Of a stretch of 64,000 nt of DNA, positions 49,250 to 63,300 are shown piece after piece. Source of the stretch: Malacoraja senta. Lineage: Eukaryota. Numbering within the stretch: position 1 is the first letter of the stretch; every line of letters begins with the position of its first letter. Both the position numbers and the translations under genes were made by a program. Below the pieces are notes generated by a model, which searched no databases, was not told where the DNA came from, and saw only the letters and a list, made by a program, of their open reading frames with translations. The stretch is from contig JAXLNO010000666.1 in NCBI GenBank assembly GCA_038087875.1, positions 1-64,000 of the forward strand. Reading direction: 5' to 3'.

Positions 49250-52200
49250 TGAACTCATTTTGGGGGCGGAAGCAATAGGTAGCAAGGTGAAAAGTAAAAG
49301 TGGCAGGCAGGCAAATCCAGGGCAAAAATCAAAAAGGGCCACTTTTCAACATAATTGTAAAAGGGGTAAGAGCGTTGTAAAAACAAGCCTGAAGGCTTTG
49401 TGTCACAATGCAAGGAGCATTCGTAATAAGGTGGATGAGTTGAACGTGCAGATAGATATTATGATTATGATTATGATATAGTTGGGATCACGGAGACATG
49501 GCTCCAGGGTGACCAAGGCTGGGAGCTGAACATCCAGGGATATTCAATATTCAGGAGGGATAGAGAGAAAGGAAAAGGAGGTGGGGTAGCGTTGCTGGTT
49601 AGAGAGGAGATTAACGCAGTGGAAAGGAAGGACATTAGCTTGGAGGATGTGGAATCGGTACGGGTAGAGCTCCGAAACACAAAGGGGCAGAAAACGCTGG
49701 TGGGTGTTGTGTACAGGCCACTTAACAGTAGTAGTGAAGTTGGGGATGGCATCAAACAGGAAATTAGAAATGCGTGCAACAAAGGCAAAACAGTTATAAT
49801 GGGTGACTTCAATCTACATATAGATTGGGTGAATCAAATTAGCAGGGGTGCTGAGGAAGAGGATTTCTTGGAATGTATGCGGGATAGTTATCTAAACCAA
49901 CACGTAGAGGAACCAACGAGAGAGCAGGCTATTCTAGACTGGGTATTGAGTAATGAGGAAGGGTTAGTTAGCAGTCTTGTTGTGCGTGCCCCCTTGGGCA
50001 AGAGTGACCATAATATGGTTGAGTTCTTCATTAGCATGGAGAGTGACATTGTTAATTCAGAAACAACGGTTCTGAACTTAAAGAAAGTTAACTTTGAGGG
50101 TATGAGACGTGAATTGGCCAAGATTGACTGGCAATTAGTTCTAAAAGGGTTGACGGTGGATATGCAATGGAAGGCATTTAAAGACTGCATGGATGAACTA
50201 CAAAAATTGTTCATCCCAGTTTGGCAAAAGAATAAATCAGGGAAGGTAGTGCATCCGTGGATAACAAGGGAAATCAGGGATAGTATCAAAGCAAAAGATG
50301 ATGCGTACAAATTAGCCAGAAAAAGCAGCATACCAGAGGATTGGGAGAAATTCAGAGACCAGCAGAGGAGGACAAAGGGCTTAATTAGGAAAGGGAAAAT
50401 AGATTATGAAAGAAAACTGGCAGGGAACATAAAAACTGACTGCAAAAGTTTTTATAGATATGTGAAGAGAAAGAGATTAGTTAAAACAAATGTAGGTCCC
50501 TTGCAGTCAGAAACAGGTGAATTGATCATGGGGAACAAGGATATGGCGGACCAATTGAATAACTACTTTGGTTCCGTCTTCACTAAGGAAGACATAAATA
50601 ATCTGCCGGAAATAGCAGGGGGCCGCGGGTCAAAGGAGATGGAGGAACTGAGTGAAATCCAGGTTAGTCGGGCAGTGGTGTTGGGTAAATTGAATGGATT
50701 AAAGGCCGATAAATCACCAGGGCCAGATAGGCTGCATCCCAGAGTACTTAAGGAAGTAGCTCCAGAAATAGTGGATGCATTAGTGATAATTTTTCAAAAC
50801 TCTTTAGATTCTGGAGTAGTTCCTGAGGATTGGAGGGTAGCAAACGTAACCCTACCTTTTAAGAAGGGAGGGAGAGAGAAAACGGGGAATTACAGACCAG
50901 TTAGTCTAACATCGGTAGTGGGGAAACTGCTAGAGTCAGTTATTAAAGATGGGATAGCAGCACATTTGGAAAGTGGTGAAATCATTGGACAAAGTCAGCA
51001 TGGATTTACGAAAGGTAAATCATGTCTGACGAATCTTATAGAATTTTCGAGGATGTAACTAGTAGAGTGGATAGGGGAGAACCAGTGGATGTGTTGTATC
51101 TGGACTTTCAGAAGGCTTTCGACAAGATCCCACATAAGAGATTAGTATACAAACTTAAAGCACACGGTATTGGGGGTTCAGTATTGATGTGGATAGAGAA
51201 CTGGCTGGCAAACAGGAAGCAAAGAGTAGGAGTAAACGGGTCCTTTTCACAATGCAGGCAGTGACTATTGGGGTACCGTAAGGCTCAGTGCTGGGACCCC
51301 AGCTATTTACAATTTATATTAATGAACTGGATGAGGGAATTGAAGGCAACATCTCCAAGTTTGCAGATGACACTAAGCTGGGGGGGCAGTGTTAGCTGTG
51401 AGGAGGATGCTAGGAGACTGCAAGGTGACTTGGATAGCTGGGTGAGTGGGCATATGTTTGGCAGATGCAGTATAATGTGGATAAATGTGAGGTTATCCAC
51501 TTTGGTGGCAAAAACAGGAAAGCAGACTATTATCTAAATGGTGGCCGATAGGAAAAGGGGAGATGCAGCGAGACCTGGGTGTCATGGTACACCAGTCATT
51601 GAAGTAGGCATGCAGGTGCAGCATGCAGTGAAGAAAACGAATGGTATGTTAGCTTTCATAGCAAAAGGATTTGAGTATAGGAGCAGGGAGGTTCTACTGC
51701 AGTTGTACAGGGTCTTGGTGAGACCACACCTGGAGTATTGCGTACAGTTTTGGTCTCCAAATCTGAGGAAGGACATTATTGCCATGGAGGGAGTGCAGAG
51801 AAGGTTCACCAGACTGATTCCTGGGATGTCAGGACTTTCATATGAAGAAAGACTGGATAGACTTGGCTTATACTCGCTAGAATTTAGGAGATTGAGAGGG
51901 GATCTTATAGAAACTTACAAAATTCTTATGGGGTTGGACAGGCTAGATGCAGGAAGATTGTTCCCGATGTTGGGGAAGTCCAGGACAAGGGGTTACAGCT
52001 TAAGGATAAGGGGGAAAATCCTTTAAGACTGAGATGAGAAAAACATTTTTCACACAGAGAGTGGTGAACCTCTGGAACTCTCTGCACAGAGGGTAGTTGA
52101 GACCACTTCATTGGCTATATTTAAGAGGGAGTTAGATGTGGCCCTTGTGGCTAAAGGGATCAGGGGGTATGGAGAGAAGGCAGGTACGGGATACTGAGTT

Positions 52201-52285
52201 GGATGATCAGCCATGATCATATTGAATGGCGGTGCAGGCTCGAAGGGCCGAATGGCCTACTCCTGCACCTATTTTCTATGTATCT
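49250..52285 (+). mobile_element. Long CR1 LINE (ORF2 nearly complete, frameshifted)
   Basis: 488-aa ORF at 49592-51058 followed by RT fragments; CR1 3'UTR. Confidence 0.93.
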
Positions 52286-52881
52286 TGGAGACTAATGAGG
52301 GTGAGTAATGTAGCAGCAATGGTGGGATTTGTCAGCTTGGAAATTATAAAGTTATGGAATTATATTTGAATAATGACATGCATTCAAATTTGTTTTTTTA
52401 CTGTTTTATTAATTTATTTTATTTTTGCATTCACTGTCTGTGGTGAGACTAGTACTTATTGAACACCCCAACTTCCCCCTTGGAACTGAATTGGTTGTTT
52501 GACCATTTTTGAGATTATTCTAGAATGAACCAATTTGGTAAAAATAATAATATCTGCTCTATTCTGTTCTGTTCCGAATATGACAGCTAAGAAAATATTT
52601 ATTGTGCTCAGAATAACTGTAGCACTGATTCATAGTAACCAGAACTAAGTGGAAAAAACCCATACCCAAACCCAAACCCAAGTGGAATTCATACAGCTGT
52701 TATAATTATAACTATAGACAAATTAACTTAGGTTGAGATATATCTGAATGGTGAATAAACTTTGAGGGACTGAATCATTAACTCTTGTTCCTGAGTCATT
52801 ATTGTTATGTCATAAAATGATTCAGCTCATATAAACGTGATAGATTTGTACCTGGTCATCAGCTCAACTATGAATATAAAC

Positions 52882-53690
52882 CAGGGGCGAAAATCCCGTG
52901 GGGGGGGGGGATCAGGGGGGGGACAAGCCACCCCCCTCCTGTTTTGAGAGGTGGGGGACGATCCCCCCATTTTTTGTAATGCGGATTTTAAAACTCGGTG
53001 AAATCTCCGCTTTCCGCAAGACAGTGGGGGTGGGACTGATGATCGAGGGCGCCAATTGGACGAGAGAGACGTCGGTCAGCAGGCAATGGGGGGGGACCAT
53101 GATGAATCCGAGCGATGATTGGAGGAGGGAGGTGTCAGTCACAGGCGTTAGTAGGTGGGTGGGACAGGATAGAGCGCAGTGATTGGAGGAGGGAGATTTC
53201 CGTGGACAAAGATAGTAGATGCTCTATAATCTTTGGCCCTGGACACAGATCTCCTCATCCACAGCCAGGATCAATCCCGGGTCTCCGGCGCTGCAATCGC
53301 TGCCGAACCGCCACTGGACCATCCCCGTCCACACCCGAGTGCCAACCCCCCTCCCTTGCCCGGGGGTGGCCAGAGACGTCGGGAGTCAGACGGGAGCGGT
53401 GTCCCCAGGCCCACAGCCAGCGTAGAGAAGCAGCGCTAAATCCAGCTCAATTCTGCCTGTCCCGCCAGGTTAACCTACAGCCCTGCCTGGACTTACGGGA
53501 ATGACGGCCCAGGTTTACAGCCAGCGCGGAGAAGCAGCGTTAGCTCCACGGCTCCGGACTGGTGTCCCGTCAGTCCAGCCAGGGCTGTATGTCAACCCGG
53601 CGAGACAGGCAGAGTTGGATTTAGCGCTGCTTCTCTGCGTTGGCTGTGGGCCTGGGGACACCGCTCCCATCTGACGTTAGGATTATTTAA
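52882..53690. mobile_element. GC-rich hAT-like non-autonomous element fragment with an internal inverted repeat
   Basis: CAGGGGCG start with GGGGGAC/CCCCC subterminal motifs; right end not found. Confidence 0.45.
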
Positions 53691-54397
53691 AACTCCAAAC
53701 ATTAAGAGACACAAAGTGCTGCAGTAACTCAGATGGTCAGGCAGCTTCTCTGGAGTTAAAGGATGGGTGACGTTTCGGGTCGGGTCCCTTGTTCGAACAG
53801 GAGGAAACCTACATGGTCAGAGGAGAATGGGCAAACTCCACACAGATGGCACCCGAAGTTAGGATTGAACCTGGGCCTCTGGCGCTGTGAGGCAGCAGTT
53901 CTAGTGGTTGAAGTCTGAAGAAGGGTCCCGACCAGAAACGTCACCCATGATTTTTCTCCGTTTGATTCCACGACACTGGTGGCAAACTAACTTTCCAGAA
54001 ACTGAATGATATGCATATAATAATGTAGCAATTCACCTTTATAGCAGCTGTTCTCGATTGTTAGTAATCACATTCAATTTAACAGGTAATTTCTTTCAGC
54101 GATCCACAAGACAACAACACACCTGTTTACAACTAAACCAGAGGACAAACAGGTGATGTGTGCTACTGAAAATTATACCAACAATTATGTTTTCTTCATT
54201 GGTTTGTTAGCTTTCCTTTATATGTGCCATTTATAGTACTTGCCATTAAATTTTAACTCTTGAAATAAAATAGCCACCTGGAGTCAATCACGATCAATAC
54301 AGTGAAGGAAATCCACCTTAGGAAAAAGCTTCAATGATTTTATCACAAGGCACCTGCATCTGGACTAGTGGGAGCTGAAGACTCGATGGGAAATTAA

Positions 54398-55894
54398 AGG
54401 GCCTGTCCCACTTATGCGATTTTTGTTTCCGGCGACAGCCGGCATCCATCACTAATTGCCATGGCTGAAGCCTCCGAAGCCGTGTGTGTGCTTGTGTGCG
54501 CGCATGCGGCCGCCAAGAAATTGTGTACCCGGGTTCCCCCCATGTTTTGATAGCGATTTCCGTGCCTGATATAAACCCTGCGTGAATATACATTGACATA
54601 TCCAAGTCAATGCCATTACATTTATTCTGACTCCAATGAAAGTGTACACTGAATGGAGGCATTTCTATCTTTATCGTTTTTTTAGTTTAGAGATGCAGCG
54701 TGGAAACAAACCTTCAACCCACCGAGTCCGCACCGACCATCAATCCCCGCACATTAACACTATCCTACACACATTAGGGACAATTTACATTTATACTAAA
54801 CCAATTAACCCACAAACCTACATGTCTGGAGTGTGGGAGGAAACCAGAGCACCCGGAGAAATCCCATGTCGTCACGGGGAGAACGTACAAACTCCGTACA
54901 GACAGCACCCGTAGTTGGGATCGAACCCGCCTCTCTGGCGCTGAAATCATTGTAAGGCAGCAACTCTACCGCTGCGCCACTGTCTTTGTGAAGTTATGGC
55001 CCAGGTTGTGGCTGGCTATGTACTGTGTACGCTTGCAAGAGTGAATCAAGTATATGTCGATTCAAAGACACAGCTTTGGGAATCTTCTTGGTTCCTGTCC
55101 GTTCACAATCACCTCATGGTTGCATCATGATGGTCTTCCATGACCCAAACGTTCGAACACTCCAGATCTTGTGTCCTGTTTGACCTTTCTTGTTCAGTTA
55201 ACTGATGGTTAAACAAAGTCTTCTGTACCCAAATTGGAAACACTAAACTGAATCGCTGACAAGGTAATTAAGAACCCATTCCTCTGCCATGTGCAAACCC
55301 AACATAATGTACAGAGAAAAGGAAAAAGCACAAAATGCTTGAAGAACTCGGTAGATCAGGCAACATCTGGGGCAATGGACTGAGAGAATGCACAGATTAC
55401 TTCAATTTACTTTTAATTTATTTTATTTTAATTAATTTTAGTTTATTGTCAAGTGTACCAAGGTACAGTGAAAATCTTTTGTTGCGTCAGCAAAAAGATA
55501 ATACATGATTGCAATCGAGCCATCCCCAATGTACAGATACATGATCAAAGGAATAACATGAATATGGTTAACGGCAAGATAAAGCCCAGTAAATTCTGAT
55601 TAAAGACTAGACTAAGTACAGACCCGTTGGGTCTGCTCCCCCTACACAATCTTCCACCATTCACCCATAGCCCCCATCTGCTCAGGCGCGGCTGACGGGT
55701 TCCCTTTGTGATGCCCCTGATCACCCCACTCACCCCCCCCCCACCCTTCCCCTAGCCCTTCCCACCCCACTCCCCCAGAATGCGGGAACTCCTCGCGACC
55801 ATGAAGGAGACTAACCAGAGACCACCAGCGAACATTTGGCGAGCACAGAGTCTCCTGCACTCGCCTAAAAAGTCACCTAAGTGCGATAGGCCCT
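54398..55894. mobile_element. Harbinger termini (one composite element or two separate partial MITEs)
   Basis: TAA|AGGGCCTGTCCCACTTATGCGATTTTT at left; CCTAAGTGCGATAGGCCCT|TTA at right. Confidence 0.5.
55607..55795 (-). mobile_element. Helitron 3' terminal fragment
   Basis: A|CTAG terminus followed by a CAGACCC-gtt-GGGTCTG hairpin. Confidence 0.6.
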
Positions 55895-56719
55895 TTAGGA
55901 AGTTCGGCATGTCCCCAACAACCCTCACCAACTTCTACAGATGTGCCATAGAAAGCATTTTATTGGGATGCATCACAGCATGGTTTGGGGACCGGTCCAC
56001 CCAAGACTGCAAGGAACTGCAGACAATCCAACCTCCCTTCCACCGGCCAGTGTCTAAGCTCCCCCAAGACCATGACCTCTGCTAGTCCAGCAAAACAGAT
56101 AATTCAGAAAAGTTCTGGAACTAAGGGTGCGGGAAAATCAGTGGTGGACTAGTAATAAGCTAACTAAAATATATTGGGCCAGGAATCTGGCATGAACCTA
56201 CTTCCTCTCCATTGCTAGACTGCTCAGCCGGGAACCTGATGCCAGTATGCCAGATGATGGCTTTATGGCCAAGTTTGCAGATGATACAAACATATGTTGG
56301 AGGGGCAGGAAGTGTAGAGGCAGCAGGGAGGCTGCAGAAGGACCTGGACAGGTTGGGAGAGGGGGCAAAGAAGTGACAGATGGAATACAGCGTTACAGAA
56401 TGAACCTCCTTATTCATTTCATGGGCAATGATTGCTGCTCTGGCCCATGTTGCCAGATCTGAAAAATAAATGAACATAATGTTAAAAAATTCAAGGGCAG
56501 GACATGGTAAACCTCTCATGTACCCATTCCATGATGAGGACATATTTGCAAACGAATGATACTGGAACTAGACTCAATAGTTGAAGTTTAACCAGTGATT
56601 TGTCACGGTTCAGCATGTTTGTTTTTAATTCGGTAATTAATAACCCTATTTACAACGCAAAGGCTCTTTTGTTCCGAATACAACCATCTGCCTTGAAATT
56701 TTTAGGACCAGCTCTGTAG

Positions 56720-57260
56720 ATTTGGGCCCCATATCTGAGGTAGGATGTGCTGGCCCCTGAGAGGGTCCAGATGAGGTTTACAAGAATGATCCCAGGAATG
56801 AGTGGGTTAATTCATGATCAGCGTTTGACAGAACAGGGCCTGTACTCGCTGGAGTTTAGATGGACATGGAAGGACGTCATTGAAACTTACAAAATAGTGA
56901 AAGGCTTGGATAGAGTGGATGTGGAGAGGATGTTTCCACTGGTGGGAGAGCCTAGGACTAGAGATCAAAGCCCCAGAATTAAAGGACATTCCCTGAGAAA
57001 GGAGATGAGAAGAAATTTGTTTCGTCAGAGGGTGGTGAATCTATGGAATTCTTTGCCACAGAAGGTTGTGGAGTCCAAGTTAATGGATATTTTTAAAGCA
57101 GAGATAGATTCATTCATTAATACAGGTGTCAGGGGTTATGGGGAGAAGGCAAGGGAATGCGGTTAAGAGAGAGAGATAGATCAGCCATGATTGAATGGTG
57201 GAGGAGACTTAATGGGCCGAATTGCCTAATTCTGCTGCTATTCGTTATGACTTTATGAAC
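56720..57260 (+). mobile_element. CR1 3' fragment
   Basis: ORF 56747-57166 (ERVQ.RFTRMIPG...[10 protein letters not shown]). Confidence 0.88.
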
Positions 57261-59058
57261 CTACAGACGATTGACCTTAGATAGTGTGTTTCCTTTTCAT
57301 TTTATGTCTACCAGTATATCACTTCATGTAACCAAGTTAAATTAAAGCAATTATCTGGTAGACACAAGATGTTGGAGCAGCTGCACAGGCATCATCTCTG
57401 TAGAGAAGGAATGGGTGACGTTTCGGGTCGAGTCCCTTCTTCAGACTCAACCCAAATGGTCGCCAATTCTTTCTCTCCAGAGATGCTGCCTCACCAGCAT
57501 TGTGTCACGAATAACGTGAATAATGTTTAGTGCAAGTAAAGTCCGATCAAAGATAGTCTGAAGGTCTCCAATGAGTTAGATAGTAGTTCAGGACTGCTCT
57601 TTAGTTGTTGGTGGAATGGTTCAGTTGCCAGATAACAGCTTGGAAGAAACTGTCCCTGAATTTGGATGTGTGCGTTTTCACACTTTTATACCTTTTGCCG
57701 GATGGTAGAGAGGAGAAGAGGGAGTGATCAGGGTGCAACGTGCTTGATTACGCTGGTAGCTCTGCCGAGGCAGCGTGAGGTGTAAATGGAGTCAATGGCA
57801 GGGTTGGAGAGGAAACTAAATATTTTTCACATTCAAACCTGGCATGGACAATTCACGTAAGAGTTTTATAACTCAATTGCTTTGACTCGCTTGTCAAAGG
57901 CTTTATTAAAGTCACACATTTGAAAATTAATATAATGCAAATACTTTGTTTTAAACCATTTTTTTTTAAAATATATAAATGTATGTGCAGGTATGTTGAA
58001 ATTTTGAGTATACTGTAACAGCAAGGATTGTTGGACTATGTCAATTAGTTACTGATGGGTGGTACAGACTAGTGGCGATGGAAGTATCACTAAATGTTCT
58101 TCCCCACCCATCTGCCTGACCTGCTGAGTTACTCCAGCACTTTGTCCTTTTATAAAAAATCTCCAGCTTTCAACCCCCCTCCCTCTTCCCACTACACTTA
58201 GTCTGAAGAAGGGGCTCATGTTGTCGACCTCCCTGTGGTGAGCCCTGTCAACTGACCTCAGTCAGGCAAACGACAACAAACAGAGACAGCAGCAGTGCCG
58301 CAGCTTGGCGCCAACCCGGAGCATGCGCCCTTTTTAGGGCGGGCACCTACGGATGTCGAACAGGATGGCATTACTCTGCTGCAGACTTCTGCTGCCTCAA
58401 AAGCAAGAAGTCTGAAGAAAGGCCTTGAATGGAAATGTCACTCATCCGTGTTCTCCAGAGATGCTGCCTGACCCAATGAGTTATGCCAGCACTTTGTGTT
58501 CTTTGCTTAAGATTGTAGCATCTGCAGTTCCTTGTGCCTACTTCTGCAGAGACCCTTCTTTAGACTGATGTCTTTCGGCTGACTGGTTAGCACGTAACAA
58601 AAGTATTTCACTACCTCGGTACATGTGACAACAAACTAAACTCAAACTCAAAATTCTTGGATTTTTCAGTCGCTGAAGCTACATTTTAAGACAGAGAAAT
58701 CTGCTTTTCATTTTTGTTTGTGTCGGCAAGTGAAGAGAGAACGAGGTTTTTAATAAATGCAACAAAAAAATGTTGCAGGGTAGTCCTCAGTCGGTATGCA
58801 GGTCCAGAGGATTAATCCGATGATGTATGAATGACATTTGGATGATACATGTAAAGCAGCTGCAGCAGTCTCTTTCAGACAAGGTGGAATTTATCACGTA
58901 TGTTCAGCAAAGTTTCCTCAGGCAATAGGTGGAGGCCCGACAAGGGAGAGGGCAAAGCTTGATCTACTCTTGGGAAATTAGGAAGGGCAAGTTACTGGTA
59001 TTCATGGATGAGCCTCTTGGGACCAGTGACCACTGTTCTATTAACTTTAAAATAGTTA

Positions 59059-60325
59059 CTAGAATAAGTGGGACCCATTGGGTCCCAGTCACACAGGAGG
59101 TCTGGTCCCCCAACGCAACCCATTCCCCAACACAATATTCCACCACTCACCCATAGCCCCTAATTGCGCAGGGACGGCTCATTTCCCCTCATCCATCACT
59201 CCCTCCGCCTCCTCTTCATATGCTGTGCTTTTTAAATGTTTAAAACGCGTTTTTGCGCATATTGAGAAAAGTAGCACTACAGCAAACACCACTGTCTGAA
59301 AAGGGCTTCTCATACATGAAAATCAACAAATGAAGCACAAATAAAAGTATTTCCACTATATACTAATTCAGCTGAGAAATGCACAAGTCTAAATTCAGGC
59401 AATAAAAGATACAATGCAATGCGCTAAATGACAAGTTTTGAGATCTACAATCAGATAAGCAGATGCATGATAACCACGTTTTAAAGGAAAGACAGATGCA
59501 ATGAAATTACTTTTACACCACAATAAAAAATAAAATCCACACTTAAAGTTAAACAATGAAAAGTCAGCAGGATTTAAACTAAACATGAAATTAACTGGAT
59601 TTTTCTGCACGTGGGCTCTCCTCATGCAGTGATGTAACCTGTGGTCGGCAGCCGCTCAAAATAAGCTGTCCTGCCACGGCACACTGCCCAATTCTGAATT
59701 ATGGTAGGAGCAGAGATGGTCTGTCTCTCTGCTCTTTTGCACTGTTGGTCCCCGTGTTACCTCGAAAACACTGCAGTGGCACCAAAGTCTCGTCGTTTGT
59801 ACCACTCCTCCACGCACCTAATGTTATTCTCCCTGTTTGACTGTCCACTAAGTCACCGTCCTGCATGGCTGTTGCTGATCCTGAAGCTGCACCTCTGATA
59901 CGGATCAGGTTGTGCAGAACACATGCAGCAAACACAATAGTCCTCTACGTTCTTTGGCTGGCATGACATCATTTTTTTTAACATGTGATGATTTTTCAAC
60001 AGTTCGATATACATTGTTGCCTCAAGATTAACGGGAGAGGAACTTGGTACACTCGGGAGACGAACTTGGAACATCGCAGAAATGAGAAGTAAACGGCAAA
60101 CTTAGACATACCCGTGGGAACTCGGTTAAACTCTGGATCATAAACTTGTAGTATCGTACGCAACCACGAGTCTTTCACTCGGGGTCACTCGTGGGTCAAC
60201 TCGCACAGTGAGACAGACCTTTAAGGTGGTGAAAAATCGGAGCGCTACCGGGTACCGTTTTTGAGGAAATGTAAAAACAACGCAAACCAGAAGAGGACAA
60301 GGTGAGAGTTTTAGTTAAGGATAGA
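59059..60325 (-). mobile_element. Helitron containing a Harbinger transposase relic
   Basis: A|CTAG end with GGGACCC-att-GGGTCCC hairpin (59070-59086); other end ...TTTTAGTTAAGGATAGA|T, like 5650-5662. Confidence 0.7.
59655..60221 (-). mobile_element. PIF/Harbinger transposase C-terminal relic and one TIR
   Basis: AACVLHNLIR...GAWR...AKEQRD...GSVPWQD; degenerate TIR GTGAGACAGACCT|TTA at ~60209-60224. Confidence 0.75.
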
Positions 60326-60342
60326 TAGATAGATAGATAGAT

Positions 60343-63300
60343 CCAAGATGGCGGCGCCCGCGGTGATACTTGCGTGAGTCCCGGGGAGAATTATCGATTA
60401 TTCATCGTTGCCGTCGTCCCCAGAGGGCGAGGATTTGGGACTCGGGGGCCGTGTGGGGAGGGAGAAATATCCCCCCCCCAAACTTACGTTTGTAGCGGTC
60501 TCCATCGCCGTCCTTCACCTAAACGGGAGATCGGGTCGGGACCCGCGGGAGAGAGAGAGAGGGGAGTGAGAGACGCTGGAGGCCGGGACCACAGGCACCG
60601 ATACCCGGAGTCGGCGAACTCCCCACACTGTTCCCGTTCCCGTGAAGAACAGATATAAAGCCAGCCCAGCCCTGCCCAGCCCTCGCTGTGAGAGAGAGAG
60701 AGAGAGAGCCGGGTGTGCGCTGTGCGACAGAGCCCCTCCATTTGCTGCAGCCCCACGAGGCCCGTGAGTAAACAGCCCGTGAAATCTGGCCCGAGGCTGG
60801 TCGACCCAACAAGGTCTGTGTGGCCAAAACCTACTGAAACTGAACTTATCCAACAAACTTAAACTTACCCAAATTAGCTATAGCTAGAATGAACCCCTGA
60901 AAACTATACCTAAAGTGGGACAGGGTGTGAAAACACGAAAACTTGAAAAGGGGAATAAATAAATAAATTGATAAATAAATAAATAAATAAACAATCAGAT
61001 AAAATGCTGCAGACAGATCAGATAGATCGAAGCAGCATAACAAGCAGAACAAAGAGCTGGGAAATAGCATACCCAGATAAATGCAAAAGCAGAAATGCAA
61101 AAGATAAACATAAGGACAAAACCATCCAGGAAAACCCAGAGGTCCTTTACGCTGATTACGCCCAACATCAAGGGTGTAGGAAGAAGTGTAACCTCATCTT
61201 CTTCACTAAATACATCTCTCCATGGAAAGACACTCTGCTTGAAAACTACCCATATGTCAATAGTGAGGGTATTGGATATGGGGGCAGACTTAAAGTATGC
61301 AAAGATCAAAGCCTGGATAAAGATGATCCTAGCCTTACCATCTCATACTATAATAAAGGCAAGATCATGATACAAGGCAACTCAGAAAACCTGGACTCTT
61401 TTGAAGGGATCTTTCCCCTGCTAAAAGAGAAAGTAAATGAAAAATGCAACAATACCCACCTGGATAACTATGAAGATGACAGTCCACTAGAGACAATTGC
61501 TGCCATGGCCATCTCTACCCCCCCCCCCCCCCTACACCTCATAATTCAAGCCGCCAGCTGAGAGAGAATCTGGCTCAGCTAGAATTCGAGTTCACGGAAC
61601 TTAAACAAGCGCAGGGTAGACAACTCTACCAGCTAAAGGAGGACTTCAATCAGATGAGGACCAAAAATGAGACTACCACCTCTGAGATGAAGAGAGCTCT
61701 GGAAGAGTTGAAACAAGAAAACTGTACACTCCGGGCCCAATTAGCTGAAATAAAGGAGGAATTGAGTAAACAGGGAAAAGAACCTGTCAAGCAGCTTAAG
61801 AATGTCAGGGACAATCACCAAGAAATCCCAAAAAGGACAAATGAAATCACACAGATTCCAGCTGCTGCTCACTTCCCTATGGCTGCTCCGACCCCTCTGA
61901 GCTCCACTCAGCCCACCAATATACCATTAGTGGACACCCCTTCTGGTACACAGCTTGCCCCGGGTACACAGTCAACAGGCAACCCTCACCCTAGCCTCAC
62001 CCAACCTCCTGCCCCCCAGGTGGTCCTACTCACTGATTCCAACGGGAGGTTTCTGGACCCCCAGAGGCTGTTCCCAGGTCTCCAGGTATTGGTTAAAACG
62101 TGCAGCACCACAGACCATGCAATGAAGGTCCTGAGCAAAGACACCATCGGGAGCCCTCAACACATTGTGATCCATACAGGCACGAATGATTTGCGCACCT
62201 TACGTCATCGTACTGCTGGGGCAATAACAAGGATGGCAGAAAAGGCCAGCAAGGAATTCCCTGATTCGAAGATCGTGATCTCTACCCTGCTGCCCAGGAC
62301 GGATACCTCACCCCATGTGATTCACAATGCCAACATAGACATCAGCAGAGGATGTGCCACCCTCCCTAATGTCCAATTGGCCCACCACCCGACCATCGGT
62401 ACATGGGACCTCCATGATGGAATACATCTAAACAGACAGGGGGTGAGGGTCTTCGCTAAGAACCTCAAATATACTGCCCTGGGACGTAACTTTCCCTCCC
62501 CCACGATCAACGGGAACCCAAGAGGCCAATCTGGACTCCCTTCCCCCCACCATGTCAGGACAACCCGCCAAACTGCGAGGCGACATAACAGCCCAGCCAG
62601 GGCCGCCACTGCCCCCGGCTCATTCCAGCCACAGCCGCGGACCAACTCGGAAATGGGAGAGATCAGGCAGCTGCTGCACACCCTTTGTTCCCACCTCCTA
62701 TGGTAACAAAGGACACAAATATATAAACAGTCCCTTCCGAGTGACTGATAAAAACAGCACTGTAATTAGTACTGTTGATATTGTGATATGTTTGCACTGA
62801 ATTAGTACTGTTGATATTGTTGATATTGCTATTAATACTGTTGATATTGCTATTATTAATATAGTTATTATTACTAGGTGGCAGTACGAGTCTGCCTTAC
62901 CATAGCATACAAAACTTTACCTAACGTTCCCCAATTATAGAAAAAAAAAATAGTGTTTTCGCACCTGTCCCGCAAAATAGGTTTTATTTAAATTAAAGAA
63001 AAGAATATAAATAGAAAATAAATGAGTTCATTTCATATAGGATGTTGGAATATCCAGGGTCTCTACTCTTCAACCTTCGGGATGAAGACTGGGAACCCTG
63101 AGTTCCTAAAGTCTATAGAAGACACTGATATAATAATATTAACGGAAACATGGTACCGAAAGGATACGTTCATTCACTGCCCCTCAGGGTACCATGAAGT
63201 CATGGTGCCCTCAGTAAAAACTACTGATATACGTAAGGGCAGAACCTCTGGGGGGTCTTGGTATGGTACAAAGAAGAACTAGACAGTCACATTACATCAA

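Noticed and set aside
55100..55260. Possible terminal exon of a minus-strand gene
   Set aside because: Short frames with no recognisable homology or partner exons
58745..58927. Minus-strand LLPEETLLNIRDKFHLV* followed by ATTAAA
   Set aside because: Too short, abuts a CR1 fragment, no acceptor and no homology recognised
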